Shown here: piece by piece, positions 28,716 to 37,351 of the stretch | Layout: each line of letters opens with the position of its first letter | Position numbering within the stretch: the stretch's first letter is position 1 | Origin: an uncultured delta proteobacterium | GTDB lineage: Bacteria; Myxococcota_A; Polyangia; Polyangiales; Polyangiaceae | Direction of reading: 5' to 3' | NCBI GenBank assembly: GCA_963782055.1 | Contig: CAWAIF010000003.1 | Location: 3,488,001-3,552,000 of the forward strand | DNA: 64,000 bases | The notes under the pieces: model-generated | What the model was told of the DNA's origin: nothing | Databases searched by the model: none | The model's input: the letters and a program-made list of their open reading frames with translations, nothing else | Program-made: the position numbers and the translations under genes

Positions 28716-29287
28716 TGCCACGTGCTCCCGTCGCAGACGCACGACTTGTTGTAGTCATCGGCCGAGTGCGGGCAGGTCGCTCCCGCGGGGAAGTAGGTCG
28801 CGCAGTTCTGCCCGGGTGTCGCCACGCCGGCCGCGGGACACGGTGGGTCGGGGTAGACGACCTTGAAGGGCGCGCTGCCCGCCGACACCCCGTTGACCGA
28901 GACGTCACAGGTGTAGTTGCCCACCGGGTAGCCGACCTGCACGCCATCGGCGTTGGTGGGCTGGGTCCAGGTGAAGGCCACGACACCCTGGGTGGTGCCG
29001 GAGGCGTTCTCCCCCGCCGCCAGGATGGCCTCCGGGCCGTTGCCGTCGGAGTAACGGTGGATCTGCGCCTGCACCGTGGTGTCCGGCTTGGTGCCGACGT
29101 AGTCGGCGTCGCAGTAGATGGCGACTGTGTCGGGGTAGAACTCGACCCGCTTGCGGTCGCCCTGGCCGTCCAGCGCCATGTAGACGTGGCGAACCTCGCT
29201 CCCGGCGCTGCAGCCAGTGGGGAGGGCGCTCACCGCCAGCGGCGTGCACACCAGAAGGAGCTTCACTGCGCGAGAAAGGATGCTCAT
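28706..29287 (-). CDS. Cys-containing lipoprotein with beta-rich domain
   Basis: Lipobox-like LPTGC, beta-rich core, Cys-rich C-terminus. Confidence 0.7.
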   Translation of the reverse strand: MSILSRAVKLLLVCTPLAVSALPTGCSAGSEVRHVYMALDGQGDRKRVEFYPDTVAIYCDADYVGTKPDTTVQAQIHRYSDGNGPEAILAAGENASGTTQGVVAFTWTQPTNADGVQVGYPVGNYTCDVSVNGVSAGSAPFKVVYPDPPCPAAGVATPGQNCATYFPAGATCPHSADDYNKSCVCDGSTWQCP

Positions 29288-29385
29288 CCTTGCTACCGAA
29301 CAACGTACGGGCAGAGGGCGCCGCTGGTCAATCGGGTCCTCGCGGTCCCGCTGCCCCCGCGCACGAAGGGTGGTAAAGGCCGACC

Positions 29386-29811
29386 ATGCAGCCCTGGGCC
29401 TACCCCGCCGTCCTCGCCGCCGGTTTCATCGCCGTGCACTACCTGCTGCTGCGCGCGGCCTCCGGGCGCCTCGCCGATGCGCTCGGGGCCCTCTTGCTGG
29501 AGGCGACGGCGGCCGCGGGCATCCTCGTCTACTACCTCGTCTCGCGCAGGTCGGACCTCCCGACCTCGCGCGCGGGGATCGGCTTCTCCATGGCGAGCGG
29601 CCTGGCCATCTCGGTCGCGAGCGTCCTCATCTTCACCGCGCTGCGCAAGGGCGGGCCGGTGGCGTCCACCGGGACCATCGTGCTGGGCGGCGGGGTGGCC
29701 CTCAGCGCGCTGCTGGCGCCTGTGTTCTTCGCCGAGGGGCTGACGATCCGCCGCGTGGCGGGGGTGGCGCTAGGCGCCGCGGCCATGGTCCTGCTCGCCA
29801 CCGAGCGTTGA
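29386..29811 (+). CDS. EamA/DMT-family small membrane transporter
   Basis: About five hydrophobic helices. FFAEGLTIRRVAGVALG is the typical EamA C-terminus. Confidence 0.8.
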   Translation: MQPWAYPAVLAAGFIAVHYLLLRAASGRLADALGALLLEATAAAGILVYYLVSRRSDLPTSRAGIGFSMASGLAISVASVLIFTALRKGGPVASTGTIVLGGGVALSALLAPVFFAEGLTIRRVAGVALGAAAMVLLATER

Positions 29812-29879
29812 GCGCACCTTTCGCCGAAAGGGCCGTTGGGGCTTCCCGTTTGCGAGCGCCCGAGTACCCTGCGCGCACC

Positions 29880-31877
29880 ATGCCCCGTGACCATGACACC
29901 AGGACGACCCAGCTCGTCGTCGACACCATCAAGACCCTCTCCATCGACGCCGTCCAGAAGGCCAACAGCGGACACCCCGGCACGCCGATGGGTCTGGCCA
30001 ACATCGCCTTCGAGCTCTGGACCCGCTACATGCGCTACGACCCGACGGATCCTGGCTGGGTCGGCCGCGACCGCTTCGTGCTCTCGTGCGGCCACGCGTC
30101 GATGCTGCTCTACAGCATGCTCCACCTCTCCGGCTACGATCTGCCCCTCGCGCAGCTCGAGCAGTTCCGCCAGTGGGGCTCGCGCACGCCGGGGCACCCC
30201 GAGCACGGGCACACCGTCGGCGTGGAGACGACGACCGGCCCGCTCGGCCAGGGCGTGGGCAACGCCGTCGGCTTCGCGCTGGCGCAGCGGATGATGGGGG
30301 CCCGCTTCGGCGAGCCCTTCGCCGAGCAGCGCGTCTTCTGCATCGCCTCCGACGGCGACATGATGGAGGGCGTGAGCGGGGAGGCGTCGAGCATCGCCGG
30401 GCACCTGGGCCTCTCCAACCTCATCGTCTTCTACGACGACAACCGGATCACCATCGAGGGCGAGACGCACCTGGCGTTCAGCGAGGACGTCGGCACGCGC
30501 TACGAGGGCTACGGCTGGAGCGTGCAGCGCATCAACGGGCACGACCACAAGGAGATCCGCGAGGCGGTGGACCGCGCGCTGACGCTCAGGGACCGGCCGA
30601 GCTTCATCGTGTGCCGCACCCACATCGCCAACGGCGCCCCGCACGCGCACGACACCTCCGAGGCGCACGGCTCCCCGCTGGGCGAGCAGGAGATCGCCGA
30701 GACGAAGCAGGCGATGGGCTGGGACCCGGCGCGGAAGTTCTACGTGCCCGACGAGGTCCGCGCCCTCTTCGCCGCGCGCGCCGAGGATCTCGCCCGCGAC
30801 CACGCCGCCTGGAACGAGCGCTACCAGGCGTGGCGCAAGGCCAACACCGGCCTCGCCGGCGAGCTGGACACCTTCCTGCGCAAGGAGATCCCCGCCGACC
30901 TATTCGAGAAGCTCCTCGCCGCGGTACCCGAAAAGGTGGACGCCACGCGCAACACCTCCAACGCCATCCAGCAGGTGGCGGCCAAGCTCGTCCCCCAGCT
31001 CGTCGGCGGCTCCGCCGACCTGGCGCCCTCCACCAAGACCCTCATCAAGGGCTCGGAGGCGGTGGAGGCCGATCGCTACGCGGGGCGCAACATGCACTTC
31101 GGCATCCGCGAGCACGGCATGGGCGCGGTGTGCAACGCCCTCGCGCTCGCCGGCGGCTTCATCCCCTACGGCGCCACCTTCCTCATCTTCAGCGACTACA
31201 TGCGGCCGGCGGTGCGCCTCTCCGCGCTGATGAAGCAGCAGTGCCTGTGGATCTACACCCACGACTCCATCTTCCTCGGGGAGGACGGCCCCACGCACCA
31301 GTCGATCGAGCAGCTCTGGGCGCTTCGGCTGATCCCCGGCCTGCACGTCGTGCGGCCGGCGGACGGCATGGAGACCGCCGCGGCCTGGGCGCTCGCCCTG
31401 CGCCGCAAGGACGGCCCCACCGCCTTCGCCCTCACCCGGCAGAAGGTGCCGACCATCGCGCGGGACGCGGGCTTCGACCCGAAGAGCATGCTGCGCGGCG
31501 CCTACGTGGTGCAGGAGGCGAAGGGCGGCCCGGCCGACCTGGTGATCGTCGCCACCGGGAGCGAGCTGCAGCTCGCTGTCGGCGCCAAGGCGAAGCTTGA
31601 GGCGGCGGGCCGCAAGGTGCGCGTCGTCAGCGGCCTGTGCCTCGAGGCCTTCGCCGAGCAGGACGCGGCGTACCGCGAGAGCGTCCTCCCGCGCGGCGTG
31701 CGCAAGGTCTCCATCGAGGCCGGGTGCACCGCCCCGTGGCTCGGCCTGCTCGGGGAGGGCGGCGTCGCCATCGGCCTGGACCACTACGGCGCCAGCGCGC
31801 CCGCCTCCGTCCTCGCCGAGAAGTTCGGCTTCACGGTGGACGCGGTGGTCGCGCGCGTCACCGCCGCCGATCGTTGA
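29880..31877 (+). CDS. tkt: Transketolase
   Basis: ANSGHPG, DRFVLSCGH, TTGPLGQG, SDGDMMEG, GIREH, THDSIFLGEDGPTHQ. Confidence 0.97.
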   Translation: MPRDHDTRTTQLVVDTIKTLSIDAVQKANSGHPGTPMGLANIAFELWTRYMRYDPTDPGWVGRDRFVLSCGHASMLLYSMLHLSGYDLPLAQLEQFRQWGSRTPGHPEHGHTVGVETTTGPLGQGVGNAVGFALAQRMMGARFGEPFAEQRVFCIASDGDMMEGVSGEASSIAGHLGLSNLIVFYDDNRITIEGETHLAFSEDVGTRYEGYGWSVQRINGHDHKEIREAVDRALTLRDRPSFIVCRTHIANGAPHAHDTSEAHGSPLGEQEIAETKQAMGWDPARKFYVPDEVRALFAARAEDLARDHAAWNERYQAWRKANTGLAGELDTFLRKEIPADLFEKLLAAVPEKVDATRNTSNAIQQVAAKLVPQLVGGSADLAPSTKTLIKGSEAVEADRYAGRNMHFGIREHGMGAVCNALALAGGFIPYGATFLIFSDYMRPAVRLSALMKQQCLWIYTHDSIFLGEDGPTHQSIEQLWALRLIPGLHVVRPADGMETAAAWALALRRKDGPTAFALTRQKVPTIARDAGFDPKSMLRGAYVVQEAKGGPADLVIVATGSELQLAVGAKAKLEAAGRKVRVVSGLCLEAFAEQDAAYRESVLPRGVRKVSIEAGCTAPWLGLLGEGGVAIGLDHYGASAPASVLAEKFGFTVDAVVARVTAADR

Positions 31878-31881
31878 CCCG

Positions 31882-32613
31882 TCAAGCGTTCGGCGCCAGG
31901 GGCGTCACCGCCGCCGGGCCGAGCGCCTTCGCCAGCGCCAGGGCCAGCCGTGGGCCGACGCCGGCGTCCTCGTGCTTGAAGAAGACGTAGGCCTCCTTCC
32001 ACGGCCCGCCGCCGACGCGCTCTGCCCACGTCTTCAGGGCGCGCGGGCCGTACTTCGCGCGGCGCATGCGCACGTACGTCCAGTCGGCGGTGGCCGGCAC
32101 GTCGCCGGCGGGCGCCTCCTCGGTGTCGGTCACGCAGAGCGCCGCGCGGCCGTCGGACAGCGCCGCGCGCACGTCGTCGCCCTGCCACGAGGGGTGGACG
32201 AGCTCCATCGCCACCTTGCGCCCCGGCGGCACGCCGGCCAGGAAGTCGCGCAGCAGCGGCACGTCCTTCTGCAGGAAGGGCGGCACCTGCACGAGCAGCG
32301 GCCCGAGCCGGGGGCCCAGGGCGTCGAGCACCCCGAAGAGGCGCACGAGGGCCTCGGCCGCGTCGCGGAGCTGAAGGGAGTGCGTCACGTAGCGGTGCGC
32401 CTTGACGGCGAAGCGGAAGTCGGGCGGCACCGCCGCCGCCCAGCCGGTGAGCACGCTCTCGGCGGGCGTCTTGTAGAAGGTGTTGTTCACCTCCACCGCC
32501 GGCAGGCGGGATCCGTAGTGCGCGAGCATCTTCTTCGCGGGGAGCTTGGGCGGGTAGAAGCTGCCCTTCCACCCGGCGTAGCTGTAGCCGCTCGTGCCCA
32601 CGCGCACGCGCAT
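31882..32613 (-). CDS. DUF72-family protein
   Basis: VGTSGYSY, AVEVNNTFY, FAVKAHRYVTH, LVQVPP, YVRMR, YVFFKHE. Confidence 0.88.
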   Translation of the reverse strand: MRVRVGTSGYSYAGWKGSFYPPKLPAKKMLAHYGSRLPAVEVNNTFYKTPAESVLTGWAAAVPPDFRFAVKAHRYVTHSLQLRDAAEALVRLFGVLDALGPRLGPLLVQVPPFLQKDVPLLRDFLAGVPPGRKVAMELVHPSWQGDDVRAALSDGRAALCVTDTEEAPAGDVPATADWTYVRMRRAKYGPRALKTWAERVGGGPWKEAYVFFKHEDAGVGPRLALALAKALGPAAVTPLAPNA

Positions 32614-32639
32614 CGCCGGCCCGCCTCGTCCGCGGGGCG

Positions 32640-33380
32640 TCACATGCCGCCGGCGGCCTTGTCGATCACCCAGTGGATGCTGCCGCGGATGTTGCGGATG
32701 ACGCGCGCCGGCGTGTCGCGCAGCGTCCCCGACACCGACCACACCCGCTCCAGCGCGTCGGTCTTCTTTGCCCCGACGGCCAGCACGAAGGCCGCGCGCG
32801 CCTGCTCGATGACGGGCGCGGTGACCGTCAGGCGCGGCTCGCGCCCGGGCGTCACGCCCACGGCGACAACGTGGCGATCGGTGATCTCCACGGTGGGCTG
32901 CCCCGGGAAGAGGGAAGCGGTGTGGCCGTCGTCCCCGACGCCGAGCACCATCAGGTCGAACGCGGGCACGCCGCCCTGGCCCGAGCGTACGTGCGTCTTG
33001 AGGATCTGCTCGTAGTCGGTCGCCGCGCGCTCCAGATCCTTGTCCTCCGCGTGCATGCGAAAGACGCGCTCCGGGGCGATCTTGGCGGGGTCGAGGAGCA
33101 TCTCCTTGGCCCAGCGATAGTTGGAGTGATCGTCGTCCGGCGGCACCGCGCGCTCGTCCACCCAGAAGACCTGCACCGCCGACCAGTCCAGGTCCGGCTC
33201 CGCGGCGAGCTTGCGGTACGCCGCCTTGGGCGTCTCCCCGCCGGAGAGGGCGATGGAGGCCTTGCCGCTCTGCGTGATGGCGGTGCGGATCACCTTCGCC
33301 ATGCGGGAAGCGGCCTCGCGCGCCACGTCCTGGGGCGTGCTGACCGCGATGAGCATCCCCGGAACTACCTTCGTCGTCAT
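32640..33380 (-). CDS. pgl: 6-phosphogluconolactonase
   Basis: ALSGGETP, WVDERAV, SNY, LGVGDDGHTASLFP. Confidence 0.95.
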   Translation of the reverse strand: MTTKVVPGMLIAVSTPQDVAREAASRMAKVIRTAITQSGKASIALSGGETPKAAYRKLAAEPDLDWSAVQVFWVDERAVPPDDDHSNYRWAKEMLLDPAKIAPERVFRMHAEDKDLERAATDYEQILKTHVRSGQGGVPAFDLMVLGVGDDGHTASLFPGQPTVEITDRHVVAVGVTPGREPRLTVTAPVIEQARAAFVLAVGAKKTDALERVWSVSGTLRDTPARVIRNIRGSIHWVIDKAAGGM

Positions 33381-33399
33381 GCGCGTCTTCTCCGTTGCG

Positions 33400-34533
33400 T
33401 CAGGTGCACACTACACCGTCTTCGTCCAGCTGCTCGGCGAAGGCGACGGCCTCCGCCAGGGCCGGGTCGTGCGCGGGGCGGTGCAGCGTGCGCTCCAGCA
33501 CCCGCGCCTCGCGGTTCTGCCCCAGGCGGACGGTCTGCTCGCCGGCGCAGGGCAGGTCCACGTCCAGCCGCCAGTGCAGCACGTCGGTCGCGTCCCCGGG
33601 CTTGCGCTCCACCTGCGCGGTGGCGCGCGCGCCCTCGTGCGAGGCGGAGAGGCCCACCGCGACGAGCGCGAAGGGCGCGACGCCCTCCGGCCGGGGGGTG
33701 GCCCGCAGCTCCACCGCGACGAGCTTGCCGTTGGCGCCGCGGAAGCGCAGCGCTCCGCCCAGCCGCTCGATCTTCCACCCGAGCCGGGTGGCCAGCCAGC
33801 CCACCAGGAGCCCGGCCTCCGATCCGAGGCGGGAGCCCTTCTCCCCCGCCTGCGAGACCGTCAGCCGCTCGATCCTGAGCGCGAGGGGACGCATCATCGG
33901 GTCGTCGAAGAAGCGCGCACACATCTCCTGCCAGGGCGAGAGGCGCGTCCACGCCAGGTCCGCCACCGCGGGGCGCCCCGGGGCCTCGCGCGCCCACCGC
34001 GCCAGGGCGAGCAGGCTGGAGAGGGAGGTGTACTCGGTGTCCAGCACGACGCGACGCGCGTCGCTGGCCAGCTCGCGGAAGACGGGGTCCTCCACGTGGA
34101 CGCGGCCCAGCCAGATGAGGGTGGTGGGCAGCTCGGGCTGCAGCAGCGCGTCCACCGCGCTGCCCACGCGCGCGCACGCCGCACCGCTCGCGCGCAGGCG
34201 CACGCGCTCGGAGCAGAGGGCGCCCGCGCCGCCGTCCTCGCTCACGCCGCACACCGCGCTCACGTCGCCGTCCAGCACGGCCTCCGCCGCGGTCGGGTTC
34301 ATGGTGACCACGATCGCGCGGGAAGGGGTGGCCTGCGTCACCTCGTCGACGACGCGCGTGTAGCGGTCGGCCACCTCCGCCGAGCCGGTCACCACGACCA
34401 GGTTCATGGTGCACACCCGCGACTTGGTGGGCTCCCCCGCGGCGGGCGCCCCCCAGATGTCGCGCAGCTCGCGCTCGATGCGCGCGATGACCCAGCTCAT
34501 CGGCGGCGGGGGCGTCGAGGGCGCCATGCTCAC
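33400..34533 (-). CDS. opcA: Glucose-6-phosphate dehydrogenase assembly protein OpcA
   Basis: RVCTMNLVV, PSRAI, LCSERV, PELPTTLIW, DLAWTRLSPW. Lies between zwf and pgl. Start is GTG 34533 or ATG 34527. Confidence 0.85.
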   Translation of the reverse strand: MSMAPSTPPPPMSWVIARIERELRDIWGAPAAGEPTKSRVCTMNLVVVTGSAEVADRYTRVVDEVTQATPSRAIVVTMNPTAAEAVLDGDVSAVCGVSEDGGAGALCSERVRLRASGAACARVGSAVDALLQPELPTTLIWLGRVHVEDPVFRELASDARRVVLDTEYTSLSSLLALARWAREAPGRPAVADLAWTRLSPWQEMCARFFDDPMMRPLALRIERLTVSQAGEKGSRLGSEAGLLVGWLATRLGWKIERLGGALRFRGANGKLVAVELRATPRPEGVAPFALVAVGLSASHEGARATAQVERKPGDATDVLHWRLDVDLPCAGEQTVRLGQNREARVLERTLHRPAHDPALAEAVAFAEQLDEDGVVCT

Positions 34534-36083
34534 GGCTTCCTCCAGCGCCGCCCGTGCCTGGCGAGGAGCATGTCGGCGGCCTCCGGGCCCCACGAGCCGG
34601 AGGGGTATACCGGCGGCGGGACGTTGCCGGAGGCGTGCCACGCGTCGAAGACGTGATCCATGAACGCCCACTGCTCCTCGACCTCGTCGCGCCGCGTGAA
34701 GAGCGTGGCGTCGCCGCGCATGGCGTCGAGGAGCAGCCGCTCGTACGCCTCCGGCGTGTTGGAGCCGAAGGCGGCGCCGTAGCGGAAGTCCATCGCCACG
34801 TCGCGCAGGACGGTGTGTTGCCCCGGCTCCTTGGAGGTGAAGCGCACCGCGATGCCCTCGTCCGGCTGGATGCGCAGCGCCAGCACGTTCGGCTTGATGC
34901 CGCCGTCGGGGCTCTGGAACAGCGGGGTGGGCACGCCCTTGAACTCCACGGCGATCTCGGTGACCTTCCGCGCCATGCGCTTGCCCGCGCGCACGTAAAA
35001 CGGCACGCCGCCCCAGCGCCAGTTGTCGATCATGACCTCCATGGCGAGGTAGGTCTCCACGCACGAGTCGCGCGCCACGTCGGGCTCCTCGCGGTAGCCA
35101 GGGACCTCGTCGGCGCGGACGAAGCCGCGCCCGTACTGCCCGCGCACCACGTTCTCCGCGACCACGCGTCGCTCCATCGACCGCAGGGACCGGAGCACCT
35201 TCACCTTCTCGTCGCGCACGGCATCGGCGGACAGCGAGATGGGCGGCTCCATCGCCGTCAGGCAGAGCAGCTGCATGAGGTGGTTTTCCACGATGTCGCG
35301 CGTGACGCCCGTCTGCTCGTAGAACTTGCCGCGCCCCTCCACGCCGATCTCCTCGGCGACGGTGATCTGCACGTGATCGACGTGCTCGCGGCTCCAGAGC
35401 GGCTCGAACATGCTGTTGGCGAAGCGAAAGACGAGGAGGTTCTGGACGGTCTCCTTGCCCAGGTAGTGGTCGATGCGGAAGACCTGCGACTCGTGGAACA
35501 CCGCCGCGATGGTGTCGTTGAGCTCGCGCGCGCTCGGCAGGTCGTGGCCGAAGGGCTTCTCGAACACGACGCGCGTCCACGGCGCCGCGGGCTGGTGCGC
35601 CCCGTGCGGCGGGACCACCAGTTTGGCCTCCCGCAGCCCCTGGACGATGGCCTCGAACTGGGCGGGGGGCACCGCCAGGTAAAAGAGGCGGTTGCCGCGC
35701 GTGCCGCGCTCACGGTCGAGCTGCTCCAGGTGTACGCGCAGGTCCTCGTAGGTCTTGGGTGTGCCGAAGTCTCCTTCCACGTAGGAGATCCCCCGCTCGA
35801 AGTCGCCGAACACCGCCTCGTCGATCGGCTTGCGACGCGAGTACTTGCCCACTCCCTCGCGCATCTCCGCGCGGAACTGCTCGTGAGTCTTGGGCCGACG
35901 CGCCACCCCCACCACCGCGAAGTTCCCCGGGAGGGAGCGGCTCACCGCGAGGTTGTAGAGGGCGGGAACGAGCTTGCGGCGCGTCAGGTCGCCGGAGGCG
36001 CCGAAGATCACGATCGCGCCGGCGTCGCCGGTGCGCTCCCCCACGAGCCCCGCGCGCAGAGGGTTGGCCATGTCGCTGCTCAT
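34530..36083 (-). CDS. zwf: Glucose-6-phosphate 1-dehydrogenase
   Basis: GASGDL, EKPFG, RIDHYLGKE, EAYERLL. Confidence 0.97.
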   Translation of the reverse strand: MSSDMANPLRAGLVGERTGDAGAIVIFGASGDLTRRKLVPALYNLAVSRSLPGNFAVVGVARRPKTHEQFRAEMREGVGKYSRRKPIDEAVFGDFERGISYVEGDFGTPKTYEDLRVHLEQLDRERGTRGNRLFYLAVPPAQFEAIVQGLREAKLVVPPHGAHQPAAPWTRVVFEKPFGHDLPSARELNDTIAAVFHESQVFRIDHYLGKETVQNLLVFRFANSMFEPLWSREHVDHVQITVAEEIGVEGRGKFYEQTGVTRDIVENHLMQLLCLTAMEPPISLSADAVRDEKVKVLRSLRSMERRVVAENVVRGQYGRGFVRADEVPGYREEPDVARDSCVETYLAMEVMIDNWRWGGVPFYVRAGKRMARKVTEIAVEFKGVPTPLFQSPDGGIKPNVLALRIQPDEGIAVRFTSKEPGQHTVLRDVAMDFRYGAAFGSNTPEAYERLLLDAMRGDATLFTRRDEVEEQWAFMDHVFDAWHASGNVPPPVYPSGSWGPEAADMLLARHGRRWRKP

Positions 36084-36200
36084 GGCCACCCTGCGTAACG
36101 CACGACCTCTTCCGTAGCAATGCTCCGCGCCTGCGGCATCGGTGGCCCAGGGGTTGCTAGCAGCCCGAGCATGCTTAGCTTGTCCTTCTAAAGGAAGCCA

Positions 36201-36461
36201 ATGCGTGAGACCACAACCAACCCTGCTCGCCTCCTCGGCGTCGTTCAGCTGCGCGTGGGCGCCCAGGTCTTTGCCGTACCGGTAGAGGCACTGGACTTCG
36301 CGAGTGACGGAACGAATCACCGGGGTGGTGGGTTCTTCGTCCGTGGTGACGAGATGGGAATCCTCGTGGACGGAACCGGCACGCCGGCGCAGATGCAGGA
36401 GCAGCTCGCCGAGGCATGCGCGGAAGCCGTTCGCCATCTCGCGGCGCGTCACCTCAACTGA
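36201..36461 (+). CDS. Hypothetical protein (86 aa)
   Basis: AAGGAAG RBS and plausible composition. No family recognised. Confidence 0.6.
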   Translation: MRETTTNPARLLGVVQLRVGAQVFAVPVEALDFASDGTNHRGGGFFVRGDEMGILVDGTGTPAQMQEQLAEACAEAVRHLAARHLN

Positions 36462-36584
36462 CGTCGCCGAAGCCCTTTGCGAGGCTTGGCCGTAACCTCA
36501 CTTAGCTGGAGACCCGTCGGGCTCCACGTGGTCGCCGAAATTTACAAACCCTCGTCCGGCGGTTTTCGCCAGGAGAATGCAGTC

Positions 36585-36890
36585 ATGTCCCAGTCATCCC
36601 AGAACGAGCTCTTCCAGGCTCAGGCCCCCACCGAAACCTCATCCTCCGTCAGCGAGCCCCCGCCCTCGGCCCCCAAGCCGAAGAAGCGCCGCGGCTTCGC
36701 GGCCATGGACCCTCAGCGCGTCAGCGAGATCGCCTCCAAGGGCGGCAAGGCGGCGCACGCCGCGGGTACCGCGCACGAGTTCACACGGGACGAAGCCCGC
36801 GAGGCCGGCCGCAAGGGTGGCTACGCCACGCACGCCAAGCGCAAGGAGCGCGTGGCCCCGGCAGAGTCCTCCACGACCCTGAAGGAGTAA
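36585..36890 (+). CDS. KGG-repeat general stress protein (YciG/Con-10-like)
   Basis: RGFAAMD...EIASKGG...AHEFTRDEAREAGRKGG. AGGAG RBS upstream. Confidence 0.88.
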   Translation: MSQSSQNELFQAQAPTETSSSVSEPPPSAPKPKKRRGFAAMDPQRVSEIASKGGKAAHAAGTAHEFTRDEAREAGRKGGYATHAKRKERVAPAESSTTLKE

Positions 36891-37004
36891 TTTGCCTTCG
36901 CAGGTGGCCTACGCCACCATGCCTCGACCGCACGAAGCGCTTCGCGCTCGGGCGCACGTGATGGTGCGCCCGGGCGTGGCAGTGCCGCGGTGGGTAGGTC
37001 GCGC

Positions 37005-37316
37005 ATGCCGCTCCCCCAGGTGGAGGTTCCCCATCCGCACGTCGAGGTGCGGGCCGACAGCCTCGACGGCAGCCCCCACGTGAGAGGCACGAAGGTGGTC
37101 GTGCGCCGTCTCTGGGCATGGCACAAGCGAGGCACGACCATCGAGACCTTGCTCAAGCGCTACCCGCAGCTGGGGCCGGCGCGCCTGCTGGATGCGCTCG
37201 CCTTCGCGTACGACAATGTGAGCCTGATCGAGGCGGACCTCGCCCGGGAGCGTGAGGCCATCGGCCGGGAGCCCCTGCCGCCGGACCCGAAGCAGACCAA
37301 GCTGCCGTTCGGGTAG
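37005..37316 (+). CDS. DUF433-domain protein
   Basis: GSPHVRGTKVVV...G...E.LLKRYPQL...DALAFAYDN is the DUF433 pattern. Confidence 0.85.
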   Translation: MPLPQVEVPHPHVEVRADSLDGSPHVRGTKVVVRRLWAWHKRGTTIETLLKRYPQLGPARLLDALAFAYDNVSLIEADLAREREAIGREPLPPDPKQTKLPFG

Positions 37317-37351
37317 ATCCTTCGCGCCCCGCGGACGTCTACCTCTGCGTC

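Noticed and set aside
36143..36166. sigma54 promoter or operator between zwf and the 36201 gene
   Set aside because: TGGCCCAGGGTTGC has GG-N9-GC, one base short. The palindrome GGGTTGCTAGCAGCCC could not be assigned to any regulator.
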